Positions 52,802 to 63,410 of a stretch of 64,000 bases of DNA are shown piece by piece. The translations under genes were made by a program, and so were the position numbers. Positions within the stretch are counted from its first letter, which is position 1; each line of letters opens with the position of its first letter. The stretch is from contig CAVPBR010000009.1 in assembly GCA_963701885.1 (NCBI GenBank), positions 60,507 through 124,506 of the forward strand, in the 5' to 3' direction. The DNA comes from an uncultured beta proteobacterium. GTDB taxonomy: Bacteria > Pseudomonadota > Gammaproteobacteria > Burkholderiales > Casimicrobiaceae. The notes under the pieces were generated by a model, which was not told where the DNA came from, made no database searches, and saw only the letters and a list, made by a program, of their open reading frames with translations.

Positions 52802-54088
52802 GTGAAGCTCGAAATCAACCGCGGCCGCGTGATCGATCCGATCCAGGGAATCGACCGCGTTGTACCGCTCTACATCGACGGCGGCACGATCGCTGCGGTG
52901 GGCGAGATGCCGGGCGGCTGGCGTGCCGACAGGAAGATCGATGCGCAAGGCTTGATCGTCTGCCCCGGATTGGTCGACCTCGCGGCGCGCCTGCGCGAAC
53001 CCGGACTCGAGCACAAGGCAACGCTCGAATCGGAGCTTGCGGCAGCGGTCGCGGGCGGAGTGACCAGCCTCGCCTGTCCGCCGGACACCGATCCCCCGCT
53101 CGACGAGCCCGGACTGGTGGAAATGCTCAAGCACCGCGCGCGTGCCCTCAACCAGGCGCACGTCTATCCGGTGGGAGCACTGACCGTTGGTTTGCGCGGT
53201 GTAGCGCTGACGGAGATGAGCGAGCTCGCCGAGGCGGGTTGCGTCGCATTTTCGCAGGCCGACGCGCCGCTCCCCGACACGCAGGTGCTGCTGCGCGCAA
53301 TGCAGTATGCCGGAACCTTCGGGCATCGCGTCTGGCTCCGCCCGCAGGATCCGCATCTCGCGCGCAGTGGTGTCGCGCACGACGGCGAAGTTGCGACGCG
53401 GCTGGGGCTGCCATCGGTTCCGGTGCTGGCCGAGACGATCGCGTTGGCGACGATCACGGCGCTGGTGCGCGAGACCGGAGTCCCGGTGCATCTTTGCCGC
53501 CTCTCATCCGCTGCGGGAGTGGCGATAGTTCGCGCGGCAAAGGAAGAGGGACTGCCGGTGACCTGCGACGTCGGTGTCCACCACCTGCACCTTGCGGACA
53601 TCGACATCGGCTGGTTCGACCCGCTCGCGAACCTGACTCCGCCGCTGCGCAGTACCCGAGATCGCGCAGCGCTGCGCGCCGGCGTGTCCGACGGCACCAT
53701 CGACGTGATCTGCTCCGACCACGCGCCGGTGGACGACGACGGCAAGCAGGTTCCTTTCGCTGAGGCGGAGACAGGCGCGACGGGGCTGGAGTTGCTGCTG
53801 CCCTTGACCCTCAAATGGGCCACCGCTGACCGCGTTCCGCTCTCGAGGGCGATCGAAGCGATCACTTCCAGGCCGGCAGCCGTGATCGGGCTTGCCCCGG
53901 CGACGCTTGCGCGCGGGAGCGCGGCCGATCTCTGCCTGTTCGATCCTGATCTCGCGTGGACGGTGCGCCGCGAGTCGCTCCGCAGCCAGGGCAAAAACAC
54001 GCCGTTTCTCGGACTGGAGCTCCAGGGGGCCGTTCGGTACACGCTGGTGGGTGGCGATGTGGTGTTTGAGCGTCCCGCCGAGGAGTGA
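52802..54088 (+). CDS. Dihydroorotase-like protein (probably inactive PyrC' ATCase scaffold)
   Basis: PGLVDLAARLREPG lacks the HxH metal ligands; PPLR, SDHAP, SQGKNTPF. Confidence 0.88.
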   Translation: MKLEINRGRVIDPIQGIDRVVPLYIDGGTIAAVGEMPGGWRADRKIDAQGLIVCPGLVDLAARLREPGLEHKATLESELAAAVAGGVTSLACPPDTDPPLDEPGLVEMLKHRARALNQAHVYPVGALTVGLRGVALTEMSELAEAGCVAFSQADAPLPDTQVLLRAMQYAGTFGHRVWLRPQDPHLARSGVAHDGEVATRLGLPSVPVLAETIALATITALVRETGVPVHLCRLSSAAGVAIVRAAKEEGLPVTCDVGVHHLHLADIDIGWFDPLANLTPPLRSTRDRAALRAGVSDGTIDVICSDHAPVDDDGKQVPFAEAETGATGLELLLPLTLKWATADRVPLSRAIEAITSRPAAVIGLAPATLARGSAADLCLFDPDLAWTVRRESLRSQGKNTPFLGLELQGAVRYTLVGGDVVFERPAEE

Positions 54089-54092
54089 CACA

Positions 54093-54818
54093 ATGCAGGT
54101 CGATGCCGCATTCGTGACGATTCCCACCGCTGACCGCGAGATTCCCGCTTACCGCGCGATGCCGGATGCGGACGGCCCTTTTCCCGTGGTGCTCGTCGTC
54201 CAGGAGATCTTCGGCGTCCACGCCTGGGTCCAGGACATCTGCAAGCGGCTCGCGGGCGCCGGCTACTTCGCGATCGCGCCCGATCTCTACGTCCGCCAGG
54301 GTGATCCGAGCCCGATCACCGACATGGGCGCGCTGATCCGCGATATCGTGAGCAAGGTCCCCGATGTGCAGGTGATGAGCGATCTCGACGCGGCCGTGGC
54401 CTATGCGCGCCGCTCGCGGCGGGCCGATGCTTCACGATTGGCGGTCACCGGCTTCTGCTGGGGCGGGCGGATCGTATGGATGTATGCGGGGCATAATCCG
54501 GTGGTCAGGGCCGCGGTTGCGTGGTACGGGCCGGTAGCGCGTGTCTACCATCCTGGCGACGCGACTGCGCTCGAGATCGTGCCGCGCATCGAAGCCGCGG
54601 TGCTCGGACTCTACGGTGGCGACGACCCCGGCATACCCAACGACACCACGGCAAGGATCGCCGAGTCGATGCGATCTGCGGGCAAGACGGTCGAGATCGT
54701 CACCTACCCCGATACGCCGCACGCCTTCCTCGCCGATTACCGGCCGAGCTATCGCAGGGGACCCGCCGAGGATGGCTGGAAGCGGATGCTCGACTGGTTC
54801 GCCAACTACCTGCGCTAA
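54093..54818 (+). CDS. Dienelactone hydrolase family protein
   Basis: VQEIFGV, GFCWGG, HAFLADYRPSY. Confidence 0.93.
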   Translation: MQVDAAFVTIPTADREIPAYRAMPDADGPFPVVLVVQEIFGVHAWVQDICKRLAGAGYFAIAPDLYVRQGDPSPITDMGALIRDIVSKVPDVQVMSDLDAAVAYARRSRRADASRLAVTGFCWGGRIVWMYAGHNPVVRAAVAWYGPVARVYHPGDATALEIVPRIEAAVLGLYGGDDPGIPNDTTARIAESMRSAGKTVEIVTYPDTPHAFLADYRPSYRRGPAEDGWKRMLDWFANYLR

Positions 54819-54820
54819 AG

Positions 54821-54890
54821 CAGCGCCAAAACAGGGACGGACCACGTTTTCCGGAGCCGGAAAACGTGGTCCGTCCCTGTTTTGGCGCTG
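54821..54890. repeat. 70-bp perfect palindrome with REP-like GGGACGGACCACGTTTT core
   Basis: Arms 54821-54854 and 54857-54890 are exact reverse complements around a 2-nt spacer; between convergent genes. Confidence 0.92.
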
Positions 54891-54904
54891 TATTCGGCGT
54901 TTGG

Positions 54905-55492
54905 CTACTTCGCTTTGGGAATGCGCCCGAGCGTATAGAACTCGTCGTTCGGACGCATCGCGATCAGGTTCGCCATCCGGTTTGAAAGCGCAAAGAACGC
55001 GGCGATCGCCCCGATATCCCAGATGTCCTCGTCCGAGAATCCATGCGCATGGAGTGTGCCGAAGTCCGCGTCCTCGAGTTCGACGCTGCTCAGCGCAACC
55101 TTGAGCGCGAACGCGAGCATCGCCTTCTGACGCGGCGTGATGTCGGCTTTGCGGTAGTTCGCTGCGACCTGGTCGGCAATGAGCGGCTGCTTCGCGTAGA
55201 TGCGCAGGATTGCGCCATGGGCGACGATGCAGTAGAGGCAGTCGTTCGCCCCCGAGGTCGCCACGACAATCATCTCGCGCTCGGCCTTCGACAGTCCGCC
55301 CTCCCTTAGCATCAGCGCGTCGTGATAGGCGAAGAATGCACGGAACTCATCGGGGCGGTGAGCCAGCGTCACGAACACGTTCGGCACGAAGCCCGCTTTC
55401 TCCTGCACTTCGAGGATTCGAGCACGGATGTCGTCCGGCAAGTCGGCGAGCGCCGGGACGGGATAGCGGCTGATCGGAGGTTCGGTGCGCAT
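54905..55492 (-). CDS. AhpD/CMD-like peroxidase-related protein
   Basis: GFVPNVF, EREMIVVATS, CLYCIVAHGA, LSNR. Confidence 0.92.
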   Translation of the reverse strand: MRTEPPISRYPVPALADLPDDIRARILEVQEKAGFVPNVFVTLAHRPDEFRAFFAYHDALMLREGGLSKAEREMIVVATSGANDCLYCIVAHGAILRIYAKQPLIADQVAANYRKADITPRQKAMLAFALKVALSSVELEDADFGTLHAHGFSDEDIWDIGAIAAFFALSNRMANLIAMRPNDEFYTLGRIPKAK

Positions 55493-55519
55493 TCGAACGA
55501 GTCTACCAGCCGGGAGGAG

Positions 55520-56353
55520 CTACGCGTTCGAAGCGAATCCGATCGAGTGAGCATGTACCGGCTGGTCGAATCCCTTGAGCGCAATCGGGCCGACGTCCCT
55601 GAACGGCAGCGCCTTGCCGATGCACAGTTCCGCGACCACGTTCGCCACCAGGATCTGTTCCGGTTCGGCGTGGGCGCAGAGCCGTGCGGCCAGTTGCACC
55701 GTCGAGCCGAAAAGATCGTTGTGATGCTCGATCGGCTCTCCCGCGGCCACACCGACGCGCACCTTGAGCGGCTGATCGGGGTGCGTGCTTCGATGCCGCG
55801 CGAGGTCCTGATGGACGTTGATACCGCAACGAATCGCCGAAGCGGCCGAAACAAAGACTGCCATGATGCCGTCGCCCGTGTGCTTCACCTCGCGTCCGCT
55901 TGTCGCGCCCAGCGCCGTGCGCACGATGCGATCGTGCACTTCGAGCATGGCGAGGGCGATCTCATCGCCGAGGCGCTGCGTCATGTTGGTCGAGCCCACG
56001 ATGTCCGTAAACAGAACGACGCGCGTACCCGGGTCATGCTCGGCGTTTCCGGGAAGGAGCGCTGCACCCGCCTTGTCGATCTCGGCCGCGCCCATGAACG
56101 CCTCCGCAAGATCGGGTGTCACCTTCAGGATCCGCGCGGCCGCGAGGCCGTGGGCCTCGCGATGCACGGCGTCGGCGGCTTTCGCGTTCGGCGCCCTGCA
56201 CAGGCAGTAGATTTTTCCCTGCTTCTGGTTCAGCCAGTATTTGAGGTATTCGACGCCGTGGCTCGCCTGAATCCGCACATCTTCGAGGTGCGCCTTCGCG
56301 ACGTCCTCGGCAGTGACGCCGGGCACGTCGTGGATGTCCATGTACATTGGCAC
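55520..56353 (-). CDS. DUF4242 (SCO4226-like metal-binding) domain fused to class III adenylate cyclase
   Basis: YMDIH...VAKAH..D...YW......IYCLCRAPN....VHREAHGL, then LFTDIVGST, VKHTGDG, DLFGSTVQLAARL. GGAG RBS before GTG 56353. Confidence 0.88.
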   Translation of the reverse strand: MPMYMDIHDVPGVTAEDVAKAHLEDVRIQASHGVEYLKYWLNQKQGKIYCLCRAPNAKAADAVHREAHGLAAARILKVTPDLAEAFMGAAEIDKAGAALLPGNAEHDPGTRVVLFTDIVGSTNMTQRLGDEIALAMLEVHDRIVRTALGATSGREVKHTGDGIMAVFVSAASAIRCGINVHQDLARHRSTHPDQPLKVRVGVAAGEPIEHHNDLFGSTVQLAARLCAHAEPEQILVANVVAELCIGKALPFRDVGPIALKGFDQPVHAHSIGFASNA

Positions 56354-56455
56354 GGGACTCTCCCCGTGGAGGATCGCAAGCCTATATCAAATGCCGGCGG
56401 CGGCCAACGTTCGGGCGATCAGCGCGCCGCGGATGCCCTTCCTCTGCGTGCGAGA

Positions 56456-56942
56456 ATGACCGGCGTGCCATCCAGCATACCGCCGCGGGTCGAAGTGGTC
56501 ATCGAGGTTCCGCGCGGCAGCTTCGTGAAGCGCGGTTCCACAGGCCGCGTCGACTTCATCTCTCCGTTGCCGTGTCCGTTCAACTACGGATCGGTGCCCG
56601 ATCTCGTGGGACTCGAAGGCGATCTGCTCGACGCGCTGGTTCTGGGGTCGCGCCTTTCGTCTCGGTACCCGCATCACGGTTCCCGCCTGGGGTGCGGTGA
56701 TGTTGACGGACCGCGGGATGGTCGACGACAAGCTTGTTTGCAGCGACAGGCCACTTCGCGCGTCGCAGCGTCGAGACGTCCTGAGATTTTTTCGCTTCTA
56801 CGCGAGATGCAAAGGAGTTTTGAATATCTGGCGCGGGCGTCCGGGTCGCAATGCATGCGAGGGCTGGTGCGAAGCCGACGCAGCCATCGCGCGCGCCCAC
56901 CCGCGCGACGAGACGTGGCTCGGGCCGCAAGTCGAATTCTAG
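56456..56942 (+). CDS. Short family I inorganic pyrophosphatase-like protein (apparent +1 frameshift near 56655)
   Basis: [26 protein letters not shown], then [11 protein letters not shown] and FFRFY in the next frame. Confidence 0.8.
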
Positions 56943-56993
56943 GCATCGGGGCCGCTCGATCGCGCCCGGCGCGGCGCCCGCCGCGCGCGCGGA

Positions 56994-57267
56994 TCACCGC
57001 GTGGGCGGCACGTAACCGGGCGGCAGCTCGGCGCCGGCCGCCGAAGAAGTGCTTCTCCATCTGCTCGGCGAGCCACTTGCGCGCGCGCGGGTCGGCAAGC
57101 GACAGCCGGTTCTCGTTCACCAGCATCGTCTGGTGCTTCAGCCATTGCGCCCAGGCTTCCTTCGACACCTGCTCGTAGATGCGCTTGCCGAGCTCTCCCG
57201 GATAGGGTGGAAAGTCGAGCGCCTCCGCCTCGCGGCCAAGCTTCACGCACTTCACCGTTCTCGCCAT
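56994..57267 (-). CDS. yggX: Fe(II)-trafficking / oxidative-damage protection protein (apparent +1 frameshift near 57037)
   Basis: [36 protein letters not shown]; tail GYVPP in the next frame. Confidence 0.92.
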
Positions 57268-57308
57268 GTTCCGATTCCTTCGCGATCCCCCGGGCATGCC
57301 GGGGAGGG

Positions 57309-58658
57309 CTACAGGGTCTTGAGATACACCAGCGACTTGCGCTGGTAATTGTAGAGCGCCTGCTTCTGCTGCGGCAGCTCGGAGATCTCGGAGGCCCTGA
57401 AGCCGCGCTCCAGGAACCAGTGCGCCGTCCGGGTCGTCAGCACGAACAGCGACGCGAGCCGCAATCTGCGCGCCCGCTGCTCGATCTCGTGCATCAGAGC
57501 CTCGCCATAGCCTTCGCGGCGGAAGTCGGGATGAACGGCGAGCGCAGCCAGCTCACCGACCCGCTCGCTGGGAAACGCGTACAGTCCGGCGCAGCCGATG
57601 ATGTGATTGTCGTACTCGGCCACGACGAAGCGCTCGATCTCGCTCTCGAGCCGCTCGCGCGAACGGCGCACGAGGATGCCCTGCTCCTCCAGCGGTTCGA
57701 TGATCGACAGGATGCCGCCGACGTCGTCGATCGTCGCGCTGCGGATATGGGCGAGTGCGGTCGCCGCGATCATGGTCCCGATGCCATCGCGGGTGAAGAG
57801 CTCGAGCAATAGCGCGCCGTCGTGACGCCGGCTGATCAGGTGCGCGCGCTTGACACCGTTGTTGCAGGCACGAATTGCCGCCGTGAGACACGCGCGAACT
57901 TCCGGGGCGAGCTTGTCGGCACGCGCGAGGAGCGCATCGGCGTCGGCGGTCGAAAGATCGGAGAGGAGCTGACGGCGGGCGTTGCGAACGCCGTCGGCGT
58001 CGATCAGGAAGATCAGCTTGGTCGCGTCCATGCGCACGGCGCATTGGGTGGCGACCTCTTCCACGGTCAGGTTGAAGATCTCGCCGGTCGGCGAATACCC
58101 GAGCGGAGAAATCAGTACGATGTCGCCGTCGTCGAGGCGCTGCTGGATCGCCTCGGTATCAATGCGTCGCACTTCGCCGGAGAGCTGCATGTCGACTCCG
58201 TCGACCACCCCCAGCGGTTTGGCAGTGAGGTAGTTGCCGCTGGAGACCCGGTTGCGGGCGCCGGCCATCGGAGAATTCGCGAGTCCGAGCGAAAGCAGCG
58301 CTTCGATGCGCGAGCGCACTTGTCCCGCCGCCTCGAGCACGCAGTCCATCGTCTCGGCGTCGGTGACCCGCAGGCCACGCGCGAAGCGGCCGGGGATGTT
58401 CTGCTGCGCCAGGATCGCGTCGACCTGCGGCCGGCAGCCGTGCGCGACGACCAGCTTGATGCCGAGGCTGTGTAGCAGATTCAGGTCGTGAACCACGCCC
58501 AGGAAGGATTCGTCGGCCACGACCTCGCCGCCGAACGCGATGACAAATGCGTGACCGCGAAACGCGTGGACGTAAGGCGCCGCGGCGCGAATCCAGTGCA
58601 CGAACGAGCGCATCGTCGCGGAGTTGGCGGGCGGCTGGTCGTCGGGTGTGCGTGGCAT
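57309..58658 (-). CDS. argA: Amino-acid N-acetyltransferase
   Basis: [57 protein letters not shown]. Confidence 0.96.
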   Translation of the reverse strand: MPRTPDDQPPANSATMRSFVHWIRAAAPYVHAFRGHAFVIAFGGEVVADESFLGVVHDLNLLHSLGIKLVVAHGCRPQVDAILAQQNIPGRFARGLRVTDAETMDCVLEAAGQVRSRIEALLSLGLANSPMAGARNRVSSGNYLTAKPLGVVDGVDMQLSGEVRRIDTEAIQQRLDDGDIVLISPLGYSPTGEIFNLTVEEVATQCAVRMDATKLIFLIDADGVRNARRQLLSDLSTADADALLARADKLAPEVRACLTAAIRACNNGVKRAHLISRRHDGALLLELFTRDGIGTMIAATALAHIRSATIDDVGGILSIIEPLEEQGILVRRSRERLESEIERFVVAEYDNHIIGCAGLYAFPSERVGELAALAVHPDFRREGYGEALMHEIEQRARRLRLASLFVLTTRTAHWFLERGFRASEISELPQQKQALYNYQRKSLVYLKTL

Positions 58659-58795
58659 CGCAGTCGTAGTCGGTATCGAGGTGTTGTGCTGCGGTGTCGG
58701 GGTGCGGCGTCGAAGCGCCGCGGATTATAGCGCCTGGGTCTGCAGCGCCGCCGCGCCGGCGGAACCCGACGGCGCGACGCCTATAATTCGATGCG

Positions 58796-61052
58796 ATGTC
58801 TTCGCCCGACCTGTCCGACCTCAATGCCGAGCAGCTCTCCGCGGTCACTCTTCCGCACGTGTCCGCGCTGATCCTCGCCGGCGCCGGCAGTGGCAAGACG
58901 CGGGTGCTGACGACCCGGATCGCGTGGCTGTTGGCGACGGGCCACGCGTCACCAATGTCGATCCTCGCCGTCACGTTCACGAACAAGGCGGCGCGCGAAA
59001 TGCTCCTGCGGCTTTCCGCGCTCACGCCGATCGGCACCCGCGGCATGTGGATCGGCACCTTCCACGGCCTGTGCAACCGGATGCTGCGCGCGCATTACCG
59101 CGACGCTGAGCTCCCCCAGCTCTTCCAGATCCTCGACACCCAGGACCAGCTCGCGCTGATCAAGCGGATGTATCGTGCGCACGGCATCGACGACGAGCGC
59201 AATCCACCACGCGAGCTGCAGTGGTTCATCGCCGACGCAAAGGAGCACGGCCTGCGACCCAATGCGGTGGAGGCGGGTGACGAAATTACTCGCCGGCGCG
59301 TCGAGCATTACGCGCTGTACGACGCGATGTGCCAGCGCGAGGGCGCGGTCGATTTCGCGGAGTTGCTGCTCAGGAGCTTCGAGCTGCTGGAACGCAACGA
59401 CATCATCCGTGCACATTACCGGAGCCGCTTTTCGGAGCTCCTCGTCGACGAATTCCAGGATACCAACGTCCTGCAATATCGCTGGCTGCGGCTGCTGGCC
59501 GGACCCGAGGCGGCAGTGTTCGCGGTCGGGGACGACGACCAGTCCATCTACGCGTTTCGCGGCGCGAACGTGGCGAACATGCGGCATTTCGAGCGCGACT
59601 TCGCCCGGCCGGGCGCACCGGTCGCGCTGATCAAGCTCGAGCAGAATTACCGCTCGCACGGGCACATCCTCGACGCGGCCAATGCGCTGATCCGGCACAA
59701 CGCGGCACGGCTGGGAAAGAACCTGTGGACCCACGACGGCAAGGGCGAGCCGGTGCGCGCCTTCGCGGCAGGAAGCGATCTCGACGAGGCGGCGTTCATC
59801 ATCGACGTCGTGCAGGGACTGTTCGGCGACGGACTCGCACTCGACCAGATCGCGCTGCTCTACCGCAGCAACGCCCAGTCGCGCGTGCTCGAGCACGCAC
59901 TGTTCGGCGCAGGACTGCCGTACCGCGTCTATGGTGGCATGCGCTTCTTCGAGCGCACCGAGGTCAAGCACGCGCTCGCCTATTTGCGCCTGCTCGCCGA
60001 GCCGGGCGACGACGGAGCGTTCCTGCGCGCCGTAAATTTCCCCCCGCGGGGCGTCGGCGTCCGCTCGGTGGAGCTGTTGCAGGAGGCGGCGCGTGGCCAG
60101 GGATCGACGCTGTGGCACGCCGCCTGCGCAGGTACGATCAAGGGCAAAGCGGGCGCCGGTCTCGCCGAGTTCACCCGCGCGGTCGACCAGGCGCGCGCGG
60201 CGACCGCGCAACTACCGCTGGACGTGACCGTCCGGCACGTCCTCGAGGTGTCCGGCCTCCTCGCCCACTACCGCCAGCAGAAGGACGGTACCGAGCGCGT
60301 CGACAACCTCGAGGAGCTCGTGAACGCAGCGCAGGCATTCGTCCGCGAGGCCGATCTCGCCGTCGACGCATCGATCCAGGAAGGTGATGGCGGCGTGGAG
60401 GGTGCGGCCGATCCCCTGACCGCATTCCTCTCGCACGCGGCGCTCGAGGCCGGCGATACCCAGGCCGCCGAGGGCCGCCCCGCGCTGCAATTGATGACGA
60501 TGCATTCGGCGAAGGGGCTCGAATTTCACACCGTATTCGTCACCGGGCTCGAGGAAGGGCTCTTTCCCCACGAGAACAGCCGCAATGAAATCGACGGCCT
60601 CGAGGAGGAGCGCAGGCTGATGTATGTGGCCGTGACGCGCGCGCGACGGCGTCTCTATCTGACTCTGGCGCAGACCCGCATGCTGCATGGGCAATTGCGC
60701 TACAACGTCCCGTCACGCTTCGTCGACGAGATTCCGGCGGAGCTGGTGCACTGGCTGTCGGCACGGGAGCGGCGAGCAGGATCACGCGTTCGACGCCGCG
60801 GGGCGGGGCCGCCCGGCGGAAACGTCGCGGGGAGCGAGTAGCTCCCGCGCGCCTGCGCCGTCATCGCGCGCCGCTGCCACTTCTTCGGCGGCGGGTTGGC
60901 GCATCGGCCAGAGCGTTCGTCATGCCAAGTTCGGCCTGGGCGTAATCATCGACGCTGAAGGCCGGGGCGGCGACGCACGCGTGCAGGTCAATTTCCGCGA
61001 CGCCGGGCTCAAGTGGCTGGCGCTCGACTACGCACGCCTCGAAGCCGCATAA
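58796..61052 (+). CDS. uvrD: SF1 DNA helicase II (apparent +1 frameshift near 60765)
   Basis: AGAGSGKTR, VDEFQDTN, VGDDDQSIY, LEQNYRS, HSAKGLEF, EERRLMYV; C-terminal VRHAKFG.G domain in the next frame. Confidence 0.95.
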
Positions 61053-61062
61053 ATGCGATCCG

Positions 61063-61920
61063 TCACTGGGGGGACCCCATTGACTTGATCGGCGCGAGCG
61101 GTTCTCCGGCGTGGAAAACGTCGCGATAGCTGACGTAATCGGAAATGTGCAACGTCGTGACGAACAACGCGAGGTAAGGAAGCAGCAGGGCCAGCGCGAA
61201 CGTCGCAGCAAAAGGCGCCGGGACGATCAGGGCGACGAACCCGGTGATCAGCGATGGGACGATTCCGCCCAGCAGGAAAATGACGGCGGCGTAGCGCAGC
61301 ACCGGTCGCCAGTTGGCAAGCGCCGCCCGGAGGCTTGCACCGAGCGCGGTCGGCAGATTCGCATCCTGAAAGACGATGAGCGCAGGCGCCCACCACAGCG
61401 CGAGCAGCGTGGGTAGCGCGCATAGCGCGCCGAACAGCATCGCGAATTCCGCCCGCGGCGACGCGAGGGTCTCGTGCAGGCGTCGCGCCGCGGCCGCCGC
61501 GTCGGGGTCGGCCGGCGCAGCACCATAGAGGAATTCGAACAGGCGGCCGCCGTCGACGAGCGAGGTCGCCGCGATGGCGAACGACACGCCCGCGACGAGC
61601 ACGAGCCCCAGCGGCAGCAGCGACCGCAGGTTGGCCCGGAAACCCTGGGCGAGCATCGCGAGTTGCGGCCGTCCGCCGCGCTCCTGCGTCCAGGCCGCGG
61701 CGAGGAAAGCGACCGACAGCAGAGGCTTCATGACGGGTGCCACCCAGACGCCGATCCAGGGCAGCGTCTCGACGATCGCGAGCGCCAGGTAATAGGCGAC
61801 GACAAGGGCGAGCCACGGCAGGCGCTGCCGCGACAGCATCGCGTAGCTTTCGGCGAGCCACGCGACCCCGCGCCGCCCGTCGTAGCGCGTGAACGCGATG
61901 TCCTTGGCCCGGACCGTCAT
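61063..61920 (-). CDS. BPSS1780-family membrane protein
   Basis: GVAWL, ALWWAPALI, SLRAALANWRP, YVSYRDVF; follows thrB. Confidence 0.8.
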   Translation of the reverse strand: MTVRAKDIAFTRYDGRRGVAWLAESYAMLSRQRLPWLALVVAYYLALAIVETLPWIGVWVAPVMKPLLSVAFLAAAWTQERGGRPQLAMLAQGFRANLRSLLPLGLVLVAGVSFAIAATSLVDGGRLFEFLYGAAPADPDAAAAARRLHETLASPRAEFAMLFGALCALPTLLALWWAPALIVFQDANLPTALGASLRAALANWRPVLRYAAVIFLLGGIVPSLITGFVALIVPAPFAATFALALLLPYLALFVTTLHISDYVSYRDVFHAGEPLAPIKSMGSPQ

Positions 61921-62897
61921 CGAGTGCGATTTCCGGAGGCGTCGGCCAGCCCGATTCCGAGCTCACCCCCGGCGGCGACGCGCGCGCGCAGAATGCGCTC
62001 GAAGGGCCGAGGATCGTGGGCGTGAGTGAGTTCGCCGGGTCGTGGGCAATGCAGATCGTAGAGACGCGAGACCCAGAAACGAAGGGCGGCGGCGCGCAGC
62101 AGCGCAGGCCACTGCAGGCGTTCGTCAGACGTCAGCGGACGGATCGCGCAATACCCGCTGACCAAAGCCTCGACCCGGCGCGGATCGAGTGTGCCGTCCG
62201 CATTGCCTGCCACGCACCAGTCGTTAGCGGCGATTGCGAGGTCGTAGGCGAGGAAATCGGTGGCGGCGAAACCGAAATCGATGATCCCCGCGACGCGCTC
62301 ACCCGCGAACAGCACGTTGTCGCAGAACAGGTCACCGTGAATTGCGCCTTTCGGCAGCTTGCCCTTGCCGAAGCCGACCTGGAATCGGACTTCGCCCGCG
62401 AGGAGCTCGTTCTGCTCGGCGGAGAGGAATGGGCGTACTGCGCGCGCGGCCTGGCGCCACCACGCCGGGCCGCGCCGATTGGTGAGCCGGGCAGGATAGT
62501 GCCGGGACGCGACGTGAAGCCGCGCGAGCGCATTGCCGACGGTTGCGCAGTGCTCGGGCGCAGGAAGCGGGATCGCCTTGCCGTCGATGCGGCTCACCAG
62601 TCCTGCCGGCCGGCCGTTCAGCATCGAGAAGTATCCGCCGGTGCGATCGGCGGCGGGCACCGGCACCTCGACGCCGGCACGCGCGAGGTGCGCCATCAGG
62701 TTGAGGTAGAACGGCAGTTCGTCGGCCGGCAGCCGCTCGTAGAGCGTGAGGACGTAGCGGCCGCGCTCGGTCGTGACGAAATAGTTCGTGTTCTCGATGC
62801 CCGCCGTGATCGGCGCGAGCTCGACGAGCGTGCCGAGCGCATAGCGGGAAAGCCATGCATCGAGATCCTCGGTGGTGACGGCCGTATAGACGGACAT
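61917..62897 (-). CDS. thrB: Homoserine kinase type II
   Basis: MSVYT, GIENTNYF, IHGDLFCDNVLF, IIDF, ALRFWVSRL. Confidence 0.95.
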   Translation of the reverse strand: MSVYTAVTTEDLDAWLSRYALGTLVELAPITAGIENTNYFVTTERGRYVLTLYERLPADELPFYLNLMAHLARAGVEVPVPAADRTGGYFSMLNGRPAGLVSRIDGKAIPLPAPEHCATVGNALARLHVASRHYPARLTNRRGPAWWRQAARAVRPFLSAEQNELLAGEVRFQVGFGKGKLPKGAIHGDLFCDNVLFAGERVAGIIDFGFAATDFLAYDLAIAANDWCVAGNADGTLDPRRVEALVSGYCAIRPLTSDERLQWPALLRAAALRFWVSRLYDLHCPRPGELTHAHDPRPFERILRARVAAGGELGIGLADASGNRTR

Positions 62898-62955
62898 GAG
62901 AACGCGCGTCGCGTCTGCAGCGCGCGCAGGGCATTCGGAGCGATCGGTGACTAGC

Positions 62956-63298
62956 CTAAAAGGAAAACAGCACCCACAGCGGAACCTTGAGCGACGAATC
63001 GAGACTGTCGCGCCGGATGTAAGTTGCGCCGTTCACGTCTGGAATCAGGTAATAGGACCTGCCGTGGTTCGGTGTCACGCGGATGTAGCGCAATTGTCCC
63101 CCGACGCGAACTTCCTCGACCACCTGCTCGTCACGCCGGATGATCGTCACCTGGGGCGCGAGGTCCGTATCGCTCCCGATGTCGGGCAGCGGGGGCGGCG
63201 CTGCGGGAGGTGGCGGCGCCTTGGCCCGATCCTGTGCCGATGCCCCGTTCATTAGCGGACGCGAGAATCAGCGATATCAGGAGCGTGCGTGCGATCAT
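62956..63298 (-). CDS. DUF2782 family exported protein (apparent +1 frameshift in the signal peptide near 63257)
   Basis: PQVTI...VEEVRVGGQLRYIRVTP..G.SYYLI...VPLWVLFSF; MIARTLLISLILAS lies one frame off upstream. Confidence 0.8.
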
Positions 63299-63410
63299 GG
63301 GGCCCGGCTATGGACGCTTCGATCGTATGCGCCGGCCGGGACATCGATTGCGGCAGTCGCACCGGCGACGCGTACATTCTACCAAATGGCGACGCGCGCC
63401 GCGCGTGCCG

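Noticed and set aside
55520-56353. Pycsar/CBASS-type antiphage cyclase
   Set aside because: ATP-type specificity residues, an N-terminal metal-binding domain and no adjacent TIR or transmembrane effector.
58659-58795. LexA box upstream of uvrD
   Set aside because: No CTGT-N8-ACAG found; only -10-like elements for the divergent argA/uvrD promoters.
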